Below, one piece after another: positions 26,849-35,248 of a stretch of DNA of 64,000 bases. Location: the IMG/VR virus record IMGVR_UViG_3300045988_168162, positions 82,781-146,780 of that record. One strand, given 5' to 3'. The notes under the pieces are model-generated. The model did no database searches, had not been told where the DNA came from, and saw nothing but the letters and a program-made list of their open reading frames with translations. Made by a program: the position numbers and the translations under genes. Position 1 is the first letter of the stretch; the number at the start of each line of letters is the position of its first letter. Origin of the DNA: a virus.

Positions 26849-27280
26849 TTAATGCGTTATTATGAATAAACCGCCAACAAGCAGAATCAGAATGCCGACG
26901 CCACTATCGGCAGCAGACATCGAACCCGTAAGCAACGCTAAAATTAAATAAGGAATCCCGATGATTGCCAAAATCATTATCAACCAAGTAAGGCAGCCAA
27001 TAAAGTCCTTGCCGATATCAGATCTAATGTCGTCTTGTTCTCCCTTGTTTGGCGGATTGTATTGGGAATGCTGCGGCCTGTTTGTGGCTTTTGGACACTG
27101 AACCGGATTTTGTGATGTCTGAGTTTTAGGCTGTGGCATAGGAGTGTTTGTCGATGATGCATGAGTTGCATTGCTGTTTGGTTCGTTCTCCGAAAAGTTC
27201 CGATCAAATGCCTGCTTATAATGAACATACCCATCAATGCCCTTGCCAAAGTAGCCGTAATCATCCTGTTTGCCTGCCAT
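26849..27280 (-). CDS. Membrane protein with 2 C-terminal TM segments
   Basis: GGAGGG SD. Soluble N-terminus DDYGYFGKGIDGYVHYKQAF, a P/Q/N-rich linker, then WLIMILAIIGIPYLILALL and VGILILLVGGLFII. Confidence 0.7.
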   Translation of the reverse strand: MAGKQDDYGYFGKGIDGYVHYKQAFDRNFSENEPNSNATHASSTNTPMPQPKTQTSQNPVQCPKATNRPQHSQYNPPNKGEQDDIRSDIGKDFIGCLTWLIMILAIIGIPYLILALLTGSMSAADSGVGILILLVGGLFIITH

Positions 27281-27322
27281 GATAATCCCTCCGTCCCAAA
27301 CACAAATTATAACCTTACAACG

Positions 27323-27351
27323 ATTATATCACACTACTATCGTTGGAACAA
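27323..27351 (-). promoter_or_regulatory. Putative extended -10 promoter of the minus-strand operon
   Basis: On the minus strand: TTGTTC, 17-nt spacer, TGATATAAT. It overlaps the first codons of the 27343 ORF. Confidence 0.35.
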
Positions 27352-30300
27352 GTGATCTTGAATCTTTTGAATATGTTTGGTACTGGTAAGAATGTCAACA
27401 CTGGCAATACATATATGACATTCTTGGGTAAGGAAGCATTGACTGCTCGTGATGATGTTAAAGCCGTCATTAACGAAGTCGAAAAGCTAAAGAATGCTGC
27501 CGGCCAAAGTATCTCTATTAACGATACTGCTGGAATTTGGGGCGCGTTTTTGCTTGGAAAGAACAATCAGAATTATGACTTTTCAAAAAGCTTAGGCAAC
27601 GACATAATTGCTCTACGGGCATACCTGGATGACGTAACGAATAAGGGGATGTCTGCGGCGGATGCCTTAAATGATGTACAGGTATCTGTATCTGGTACAA
27701 CGGTTGAATTTGAAGATTTTGCTAAGAGTATAGACACTACAGGCATGCATTTTGACCAAGCGGCCTCTATTTATATTCCTGCATTTATAAAGCAACTGAC
27801 CAGTGCCGTCACAATTACAACGGTAATGAAGGGCGTCCTCAAAGGGCTTGTTGGCATTATTGGAAATCTTGCCGTTGCTGCCGTTGCATCTTTGGCTATG
27901 GGTGCATTGATAAAAGCTGCAGAAAAGGCTGGCGAAGTTCTTCATAATTTCAAAGATAATACTTTCGGAAAATCTCTTGAAGAACAAAAAGAGCAGATTG
28001 ACGAAATGGGGCAGGCACTGGACAATACGGCCAGCTCTATTGATTCCTACAAATCAAAAATTACAGACCTGAAAGATTCTATCGACAGTGGCACACTCAG
28101 TGAGCAGGAAGCTTATCAGGCACGCAAGGATCTGCTAGAAATACAGGATGAGCTGATTCAAAAATATCCTGAAGAAGCGTCTGGTATTGATCTGCTAAAT
28201 GGCAGTCTGGAAACACAACTCGACTTGTTAAATGGTATTACTGAGGCAAAAGCTCGTGCTTATCTCTCTGAAAATAATGATATAATTCAGAAATCTTATG
28301 AGGAGATGACAAAGCAGCGCACCTATAAATCTACCGGCTTTGATAATTATCTTGAAGCTGATAGCAATGACATGTCTGAAATCGAAAAGATTGCTCAGAA
28401 ATATGCGGACAAAGGACTGGCATTTGCTCAATATGGTTCTGAAAAGAATGGTAAGGCGCGTTACGATATTGAAGTGACTGCGGATGTTTCGCAGGCCAAA
28501 GATGCTATTGATGATTTTTATAACGACGTACAAAAAAGTAATCTTATAAGTGACGATGCAAAAGAAGCCTTATCTTCTCGTTTGTCGCAGTGGAGCAATG
28601 AAGCAAAAGGCATAGTTGACGAGTATGGTGATTACGCAAAACAAGCGGCCAAGTATGAAATTCAACTGAATGACACTTGGTCCAAGACTTACTCCGACCT
28701 TGAAGAAGCCCAGGAAACCTACAATGATGCCGTTGCCAAGAATGACGATAAGGCCATTGCGGCGGCACTGAAAAAGGTCAAGGCCGCTCAGGACGAATTT
28801 GCCAATACTGATATTGACAATAGCTTTGTGCAGCAGTATATGCAGGCGCAGGCGGATCAGTTGGACAGTGCTACGAAACTACAGGCTGTTCAGGCCGGAC
28901 TTTCTGAAACCTTTAAGGGTACCACCTCCAACTACAAGTCTCTGAATGATTATCTTGATGTTACAGATCACAAAGCTGAACAGCTTACCGACAGTATCAC
29001 TTATAATCTGAATGAACTTAAAGGTCTGGATGATATTGATATCCTTAACATTGGCAGCCTCGAAAAAGCAGGATCTGCATCTAAAAATTATACAGACGAA
29101 CAAATTGCCTCGTATAATCGTTTAAAAGGCGTAGCAGATCAGCTTGGCGTTTCCATGGATGACCTAATTGATATTTTTGTCAAGATTGGTCTCGTAACTA
29201 GCGACAATATCAAGTATACCAACGAGTTTACCAGCTCCGCGTTGACCATGGCAACTGCAGCTAGCAAGGCTATATCCAGTGTTACTTCTATCCTGAATTC
29301 GCAGGGAACTGGCGTTAATGTTGATGCCGATTCTTACAGCGAACTGATCAAGGATAATGCTGAATACGCGGCCGCACTGCAATACAGCAACGGCACCATG
29401 CAGCTGAACCGCGAGATGGCACAGCAGCTTACCGAAGCAAAAGTAAAAGAGTCTGAGGCTTATATCAAGGTGGCTTACAGCCAGAACCAGGTCAAGTATG
29501 AGAAGGTTAAGAATGACCTATCCTATTACACAGATGAAGTTCGTAAATCCATAGAAGCTGACGCAGACAAGTTGAAGCAGTTTGACGAAGAAAAGGCTGC
29601 ACTGGAAAGCCAGAGCCAAGCACTTCGTGACAATTGCCGTAGTTTGCAGATGCAGTACTCGGCTTTGATGCAGGCGAGTAGTGCCTACCAGGATTGGTTG
29701 AACGCACAGAATGCTACTGAATCCGGCGACATGTACGACAGCGCCATTGAAGCAAAGAAAGCTTTGGCCGAAGGACTGAAGAACGGCAAAATTGGCACGG
29801 TCAAGTGGCAGGCTGCTTCCGAGTTTTTGATCCCGGATGACTACGAGGGGACAGCTGCTGAATACATCAAGAAATTGAATCGCTACTTTAAGCAGGCCAG
29901 CGATGGTTCTGATGATGGTTCCGGCATCAACAACTTTATCACGGATAGCCTGAAGGCCGGGCTGATGAAGCAAGAGAGTGATGGCTCTATTAAGATCCTG
30001 GCAGACAAGACCACGGAAGATTTTGCAAAAGAGCTGAAACTTTCGCCAGATGCTGTGCAATCTATCTTTGGTGAGATGCAGGAGTATGGCTGGACCTTTG
30101 ACTGGGGCAGCATGCTTGGCGACCCAATCACTAACTATAAAATGCAGCTGGACGACATTAAAGACCAGATGGCAGACCTTGAGCCGGATAGTGAAGCGTG
30201 GCAGGTTCTGGATGCCAGGGCAGAAGAGTTAGAGAGTGCTCTGGATGGGCTGTACCAGCGCAGCGGACTTGACCAGCTTGCCGATACGGTACAGCAAGCG

Positions 30301-33138
30301 AAAGACAATGGCGTTGAGCTAAGCGAAAGCGCCCAGCAGGCAGCCGATGCACTTGATTCTGCGGGTCGTGTGCAGAATGAGCTGGATATCTATGACAAAC
30401 AGCAAGAGATCAATGAACAGCAGCAGAATCTGACCAATACTTCTGATTTTGAAAATCTGGCAAAGCTTAACCAGGAAATGACTGAACTTTTACAAAAGCG
30501 TCAGCAAATGGGTGAGCCTACAGATACTGAAATTGAACTGTATTTGAACCAGCACGCGGATGCCAACGGCGATATACCCAGTGATGTCGTTGAAAAGATG
30601 AAAAATGCTGGTGTTATCAAAGTTGATACAGAAGCTGATAAGTCGCAACTTGAACAGGCTTCTGATGAACTAGATGCTTTAAATGGTAAGGCAAAAACTC
30701 CTGTTAAGGTAACTGTCAATTCTTCTGATGCTATGACGAAGATTAGCAATCTTGGTACAGCTATAGCCAATCTTATCAAAGACTACACTATCAATATCAA
30801 GGTAAATCAGAGCAGTTCTAATTCTGGCTCTAGCGGAAAGAACCAAAAATCGACTCCGTATGTAGCGCAATATCACGGCATCAATGGTGCTTATGGTGGT
30901 GCCTTTGCCGGTGGCCGTACACTGGTTGGTGAACTTGGTAACGAGTTAGTTGTGAACCCGCATAGCGGCAAATGGTATACTGTTGGTGATAATGGCGCTG
31001 AGTTTGTAGACCTGCCTAAAGATGCTATTGTATTTGACCATAGCAAAACGAAGAAGTTGCTCGATCAGGGCTTTATTGGCGGACGCGGTGTTGCGCTGGC
31101 TTCTGGTACGGCCATGGATTCCGGCAGTCCGGGTAGGGGCAGTTATGTCGGCGGCAATGGTTACAAGGTTGGCCAAGACCCGCGGGTCAAGAGTACATAC
31201 AAAGCAACTACTGCATCTACCAAGGCGACCAAGGACAATACCACCGCACTGGAAGAAAACAAAAAGGCACTTGAAAAGCAAAAAACGGCGCTTGAAAAGC
31301 AGAAGGATGCCCTTGAAAAGGAATCCAACAAGCTGAAAATCTATGGCCAAGCAGCCATTAACGAAATCGAAAAGCGTATTACTGCCCTTAATAAAGAAAA
31401 GGATGCGCAGGACAAGGTCTACGAAAGCCAGATCAAAGAACTTGAAAAGCGCAAAGAGGCGTTGCAGAAAGCCAATGACGAGGAAGACCGCGCTATTAAG
31501 CTGGCCGAGTTGCAGGATGCTTTGGAAAAAGCCAAGGCCAACCGCACTGTACGTATCTACAATAAAAACGAAGGTTTTGTATGGCGTGCAGACCAACAGG
31601 CTGTAAGTGATGCACAGAATGACCTGGATGATCAGAAGCGACAGTGGAAAAATGATGATATTCTGCAGGCTGTTGATGATGAAATTGAGCGCATTAACAA
31701 TCTGAAAGATGCTTATGACGAGTCTATCGAAGCCCAAATCGACGACCTTGATAACATGAAGGAGAAGTGGGACGAGGTTATCAGCCTGATTGGCACAAGT
31801 TGGGAGTATTATCAGGCACAGCTTGCCGCGGCGGCTGAGTTTAATGGTATGAGCCTTGATGGAATGGCCGGTGCGTTGGACGGCTACAAGGACGATGTTA
31901 TTGCCAACATGAAAGCAATTGGTGATACGTCTGCGGAGATTGACCGTGTGACCGAGGCCATTGACGCCTTTGAGGAAGCATCCAGTAAGAGCGGCGGCTC
32001 TGGTAGCGGCGGTAGCGATGCGCCGGAAAGTTTTGGCATTGACGATGGCAGCACCATTGGCGATGGTCTGTTTGATGGGCTTAGTGACAGTGCAAAAGCA
32101 GCCAAAGAGGAACTGGACAAACTGCTGGAGAGATACGAAGATCTTGGCGACCGCAATGAAGGGCTATCTGAAAGCCAGCTTGCTCTTGTAGACTCTATCT
32201 CCCAAATGACCGTCGGTACGAAAGAGTACAGCATGGCCAACATGGAGTTGAGTGATATACAGAGCATTGTTGGCGATAGATATACCGAGATGGGCGATCT
32301 GGCTGAGCAGTACCGTGAGTCTGTACTTACTAACAACGAGTTGACGTGGGAGCAGAAGGATGCGCTGCTGAGCAGTTTCGATGAGATTGTGGCGTCTTAC
32401 AGCACGGGCTATGACACCATCGGCGGCCTGATGCAGAACTACATGGACACACTTGTCAGCAACACGGAGTTGTCCACTGCTGACTATCAGGCGCAGATGG
32501 ATGCCCTTGTGGCTTTTGCCGACCAGCATGGTGTCAGCTACGATTCCATAATTCAATACCTGTATAACACAGAGGCAGAATTGCGGAATACTGGTGCTAC
32601 CACGGAAGAAATTAGTAGCGCTATGTCGTCTGCGGTTTCTGCTGCGTGTTCGGCTATGAATGCAAGCTACGATAGCGTGATTGCGAAACTTGTTGAACTG
32701 AAAAAGCAACAGGCAGCCATGAACGCTGTTAAGGGTGCTGCTGGTGGAATCAATGCGAATACTGTTGCTCGTTATGCCACTGGCGTTATCGGCGCAGCCA
32801 CTACCCATATTGCCATTACTGACGAGCAAGGCCCTGAAATTAAGTTGCGCAAACCGGCTGCTGGCAACTACAGTCTTGTCGAGCGTGGCACTAGCATTAT
32901 TCCGGCAGAACCGAGTGCGAATATCTGGAAAATGGGACTTGACCCGGAGCAGTTTATCAGCCAGCACATGCCGCAGCGCAGCATTAAGAGCGTAGAGATT
33001 ACGCAGCCGGATGCAAGCGGTGTGAGTGTAAGCGTTGGCGATATCCAGATGTATGGTGTGAACGATGTTGAGAGCTTTGGCCGCGTGATTCATGAGCGTG
33101 TTGGTACGATTTTTGCCCAGGAGTTTAGCCGACGCTAA
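27343..33138 (+). CDS. Tape measure protein, C-terminal part
   Basis: Hydrophobic segments (VLKGLVGIIGNLAVAAVASLAMGALI), long coiled coils, and two TMP C-terminal hallmarks (LVGELGNELVV.. and ITDEQGPEIKL..GTSIIP). I could find no SD before TTG 27343 or ATG 27373. Confidence 0.75.
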   Translation: MEQVILNLLNMFGTGKNVNTGNTYMTFLGKEALTARDDVKAVINEVEKLKNAAGQSISINDTAGIWGAFLLGKNNQNYDFSKSLGNDIIALRAYLDDVTNKGMSAADALNDVQVSVSGTTVEFEDFAKSIDTTGMHFDQAASIYIPAFIKQLTSAVTITTVMKGVLKGLVGIIGNLAVAAVASLAMGALIKAAEKAGEVLHNFKDNTFGKSLEEQKEQIDEMGQALDNTASSIDSYKSKITDLKDSIDSGTLSEQEAYQARKDLLEIQDELIQKYPEEASGIDLLNGSLETQLDLLNGITEAKARAYLSENNDIIQKSYEEMTKQRTYKSTGFDNYLEADSNDMSEIEKIAQKYADKGLAFAQYGSEKNGKARYDIEVTADVSQAKDAIDDFYNDVQKSNLISDDAKEALSSRLSQWSNEAKGIVDEYGDYAKQAAKYEIQLNDTWSKTYSDLEEAQETYNDAVAKNDDKAIAAALKKVKAAQDEFANTDIDNSFVQQYMQAQADQLDSATKLQAVQAGLSETFKGTTSNYKSLNDYLDVTDHKAEQLTDSITYNLNELKGLDDIDILNIGSLEKAGSASKNYTDEQIASYNRLKGVADQLGVSMDDLIDIFVKIGLVTSDNIKYTNEFTSSALTMATAASKAISSVTSILNSQGTGVNVDADSYSELIKDNAEYAAALQYSNGTMQLNREMAQQLTEAKVKESEAYIKVAYSQNQVKYEKVKNDLSYYTDEVRKSIEADADKLKQFDEEKAALESQSQALRDNCRSLQMQYSALMQASSAYQDWLNAQNATESGDMYDSAIEAKKALAEGLKNGKIGTVKWQAASEFLIPDDYEGTAAEYIKKLNRYFKQASDGSDDGSGINNFITDSLKAGLMKQESDGSIKILADKTTEDFAKELKLSPDAVQSIFGEMQEYGWTFDWGSMLGDPITNYKMQLDDIKDQMADLEPDSEAWQVLDARAEELESALDGLYQRSGLDQLADTVQQAKDNGVELSESAQQAADALDSAGRVQNELDIYDKQQEINEQQQNLTNTSDFENLAKLNQEMTELLQKRQQMGEPTDTEIELYLNQHADANGDIPSDVVEKMKNAGVIKVDTEADKSQLEQASDELDALNGKAKTPVKVTVNSSDAMTKISNLGTAIANLIKDYTINIKVNQSSSNSGSSGKNQKSTPYVAQYHGINGAYGGAFAGGRTLVGELGNELVVNPHSGKWYTVGDNGAEFVDLPKDAIVFDHSKTKKLLDQGFIGGRGVALASGTAMDSGSPGRGSYVGGNGYKVGQDPRVKSTYKATTASTKATKDNTTALEENKKALEKQKTALEKQKDALEKESNKLKIYGQAAINEIEKRITALNKEKDAQDKVYESQIKELEKRKEALQKANDEEDRAIKLAELQDALEKAKANRTVRIYNKNEGFVWRADQQAVSDAQNDLDDQKRQWKNDDILQAVDDEIERINNLKDAYDESIEAQIDDLDNMKEKWDEVISLIGTSWEYYQAQLAAAAEFNGMSLDGMAGALDGYKDDVIANMKAIGDTSAEIDRVTEAIDAFEEASSKSGGSGSGGSDAPESFGIDDGSTIGDGLFDGLSDSAKAAKEELDKLLERYEDLGDRNEGLSESQLALVDSISQMTVGTKEYSMANMELSDIQSIVGDRYTEMGDLAEQYRESVLTNNELTWEQKDALLSSFDEIVASYSTGYDTIGGLMQNYMDTLVSNTELSTADYQAQMDALVAFADQHGVSYDSIIQYLYNTEAELRNTGATTEEISSAMSSAVSAACSAMNASYDSVIAKLVELKKQQAAMNAVKGAAGGINANTVARYATGVIGAATTHIAITDEQGPEIKLRKPAAGNYSLVERGTSIIPAEPSANIWKMGLDPEQFISQHMPQRSIKSVEITQPDASGVSVSVGDIQMYGVNDVESFGRVIHERVGTIFAQEFSRR

Positions 33139-33223
33139 GTTATAAGGTGTTTTGAAAGGTAAGGAACGGTGATTTCGCCGTTGGGTGTGATGAACACCGG
33201 GTTAGAGGTGGGTATAAAATAGT

Positions 33224-33260
33224 GCCCTAGGGATCGTGTTTCTGGGGCTTTTTGTTTTTT
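33224..33260 (+). terminator. Rho-independent terminator
   Basis: GCCCTAG / CTGGGGC stem followed by TTTTTGTTTTTTT. Confidence 0.6.
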
Positions 33261-33275
33261 TATGGAGAAGAACCC

Positions 33276-33539
33276 ATGAATAGTGTTGATGTAGAAGCGC
33301 TGCGGGAATTGGCAGCGCAGATCAAGCGGCACTGTGAGCGGCTGATGATGCGGGCAAGTTTTGACCGAACATCGGTTGGGCAGGTGACTGCAGTAGGGGA
33401 GGATGGTACTTATACGGTAGCAGCCTTTGGCGGCAGTTATGTTTTGCCATACAAGGAAAAACTGACTGTTGGTGCCGTTGTGCGTGTGAAGGTGCCCCAA
33501 AATAACTGGAAAGAAATTTACATTGAGTCGGTTGCATAA
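33276..33539 (+). CDS. Hypothetical small tail-module protein
   Basis: ATG 33276 follows GGAGAAG. 87 aa. Confidence 0.5.
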   Translation: MNSVDVEALRELAAQIKRHCERLMMRASFDRTSVGQVTAVGEDGTYTVAAFGGSYVLPYKEKLTVGAVVRVKVPQNNWKEIYIESVA

Positions 33540-33578
33540 AAAAATACGCAGCTGTGATAAACACTGGCCGCGTTACTA

Positions 33579-33607
33579 TTGACAATACTTGAATTTGATT
33601 TTATAAT
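33579..33607 (+). promoter_or_regulatory. Consensus promoter of the antitoxin-like sRNA
   Basis: TTGACA, 17-nt spacer, TATAAT. Confidence 0.75.
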
Positions 33608-33613
33608 AATAAT

Positions 33614-33723
33614 AGAGCTAAGGAGCCGAGACATAGACGGCCACCTCAGTTCGATATGTACATAATGGCTATACCATCATAGCACAAGACCGTTCTGGTT
33701 GCGACAGGGCGGTCTTACTTTTT
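33614..33723 (+). ncRNA. Candidate type I antitoxin sRNA
   Basis: Runs from the promoter to a 12-bp terminator (AAGACCGTTCTG / CAGGGCGGTCTT plus T-run). No coding potential. Antisense to the 3' end of the toxin gene. Confidence 0.55.
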
Positions 33724-33819
33724 ATCACGAAAAAACGCGATAACGGCTATGATAGTTCCAATGCCGGAGAAAAGACAACCAAGGATAGAAGTCCAATCAG
33801 AGACAGAAAGATCTTTCAT
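33715..33819 (-). CDS. Type I toxin-like 34-aa hydrophobic peptide
   Basis: MKDLSVSDWTSILGCLFSGIGTIIAVIAFFRDKK. AGGAGGTGA SD. About 158-nt 5' UTR. Not in the ORF track. Confidence 0.65.
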   Translation of the reverse strand: MKDLSVSDWTSILGCLFSGIGTIIAVIAFFRDKK

Positions 33820-33983
33820 TGCACATCACCTCCTGATAAATAAATTTACCGGAAGGCAAAAGTAGTGCTGGCTCCACATTTACCTTACTGGTATATGGGA
33901 GATGACCGCCTATACGTCTATGGAGGACGGGAATGATCGATGAAGTTCCCAGGTTCGACGCTCGGCTCCTTAACTCTGTTATT

Positions 33984-34012
33984 ATTATAGTATCTATGTA
34001 AAATATTGTCAA
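33984..34012 (-). promoter_or_regulatory. Consensus promoter of the toxin mRNA
   Basis: On the minus strand: TTGACA, 17-nt spacer, TATAAT. Confidence 0.75.
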
Positions 34013-34029
34013 TTGAATACTGACTTTAT

Positions 34030-34070
34030 GCCGCTTAGTCCTGCTGTGGGACTGGGCGGCTTTTTGTTTT
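34030..34070 (+). terminator. Rho-independent terminator
   Basis: 12-bp stem GCCGCTTAGTCC / GGACTGGGCGGC followed by TTTTTGTTTTTTTT. Confidence 0.7.
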
Positions 34071-34095
34071 TTTTATAAGAAAGAGGTGATGGAAA

Positions 34096-35244
34096 GTGGC
34101 ACAACCGGTGCTTTATACAATCCCATCGTTTGACGCCGCTGTTGGCGCAGACATTCCATTTGCCTATGATGGCGAGCAGGTATTTGGCAATGAGCTTGTA
34201 ATCATGGACAACTCAACAGGTGCGCAGGTTTACAGTAAAAAGACAGACTGGATGAAACTGGTGCATACGGTAGCCGGTGGCAGCGGCCTGCAAAATGGCA
34301 AATATTATGCCTGCAAGGTGCGTGTTTACAACAAGGCCGGAGAGGCCAGTAGCTGGTCGAGCTTGCGGAGCTTTTATTGTTTTACGACCCCGGTTTTTAG
34401 TTTTACCAATATGGTAAATGACCAGATCCTGGAGAACAGTGAATACACCCTGCAGATGAGCTACACCCAGAAAGAGAACGAACCGCTAAATACTTATAAT
34501 GTCATTCTTTACAATTCCAGCCGTGTGCAGCTGAGTAAGAGTGCGACTATGTACGGTACTTCGACGCTGGAATACGGACTGCATGACCTGGCAGATGCGA
34601 CCCAGTATTATGTGCGCTGCCTTGGCGAGACCTTAAATGGCATGGTGGCTGATACAGGGTATATCCCGTTCAGCGTAAAATATATCGTGCCTACGTATTG
34701 GACCTATGTTGATTTAACAAATAACAAAGATGACGGCACTGTGCGCATATCCTCGAACATACGAACGATCGAGGGCAAATTTACCGGCAGCGGCGACCCT
34801 ACTTATATCGACAATGCCAAGGTTGACCTGCGCAAGAATGGAGACCGCGTGATTTTCCATGAGGGCTTTGCTTTGCAGGGAAACTTTACCGTGAAGATGC
34901 TTGGCAGCGATTTTGGGCAGAGCGAAACGATCCTTGAAATGGTGGACGGTAATGATACGACATTGACTGTGAAATATATAAAAGGCTGGTTTGCCGAGGG
35001 CAGCTATATGGCGAAGGGGCAAAGTGCAACTAATTCACTGTTGGGAATACAAGTACCGTATCTTGATTTGCGTTGTGCTGTAAAGGGGGATGTAATTGCT
35101 TATGCGATGCAATCTGAGCCAATGGGAGAACCAGGAAGTGGGCAGGAATACCTGATTAAGGTACAAAAGAACGGTGATGTGTTTAATATTACTACGCAGG
35201 TGGTAAATACTGCGGACTATGTAACAACAGCAGAGGAGGTGTGA
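34096..35244 (+). CDS. Putative distal tail protein with FN3-like domains
   Basis: GTG start after AGAGGTGATGG. First gene after the tape measure. 382 aa. Confidence 0.5.
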   Translation: MAQPVLYTIPSFDAAVGADIPFAYDGEQVFGNELVIMDNSTGAQVYSKKTDWMKLVHTVAGGSGLQNGKYYACKVRVYNKAGEASSWSSLRSFYCFTTPVFSFTNMVNDQILENSEYTLQMSYTQKENEPLNTYNVILYNSSRVQLSKSATMYGTSTLEYGLHDLADATQYYVRCLGETLNGMVADTGYIPFSVKYIVPTYWTYVDLTNNKDDGTVRISSNIRTIEGKFTGSGDPTYIDNAKVDLRKNGDRVIFHEGFALQGNFTVKMLGSDFGQSETILEMVDGNDTTLTVKYIKGWFAEGSYMAKGQSATNSLLGIQVPYLDLRCAVKGDVIAYAMQSEPMGEPGSGQEYLIKVQKNGDVFNITTQVVNTADYVTTAEEV

Positions 35245-35248
35245 TGAC

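Larger units (their letters stand above)
23580..27342. other. Accessory island between the two tape-measure ORFs
   Basis: AT-rich, bidirectional genes, own consensus promoters and terminators. No recombinase gene is present. Confidence 0.6.

Noticed and set aside
23523-27390. Group I (or group II) intron removing the island from the tape-measure mRNA
   Set aside because: Some group-I-like strings and many helices occur after the first tape-measure stop. I could not build a consistent P1 (no internal guide complementary to the putative 5' exon end) or a P3-P7-P8 core. There is no omega-G/P9-like element before 27343, no D5-like hairpin and no reverse transcriptase. The cargo is multi-gene and bidirectional with its own promoters. 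It is kept as an open question under the split-tape-measure finding and is not called as a feature.
23518-27394. 10-nt direct repeat CTGGTA(C/A)GAA as a target-site duplication or att core of the island
   Set aside because: A 9/10 match within about 100-nt search windows on each side is expected by chance at appreciable frequency, and the island carries no recombinase. It is reported only as a weak observation.
33797-34012. 71-aa minus-strand ORF from the track
   Set aside because: It has no SD and lies in the 5' UTR of the toxin transcript in a different frame from the SD-led 34-codon ORF. Its sequence is not protein-like.
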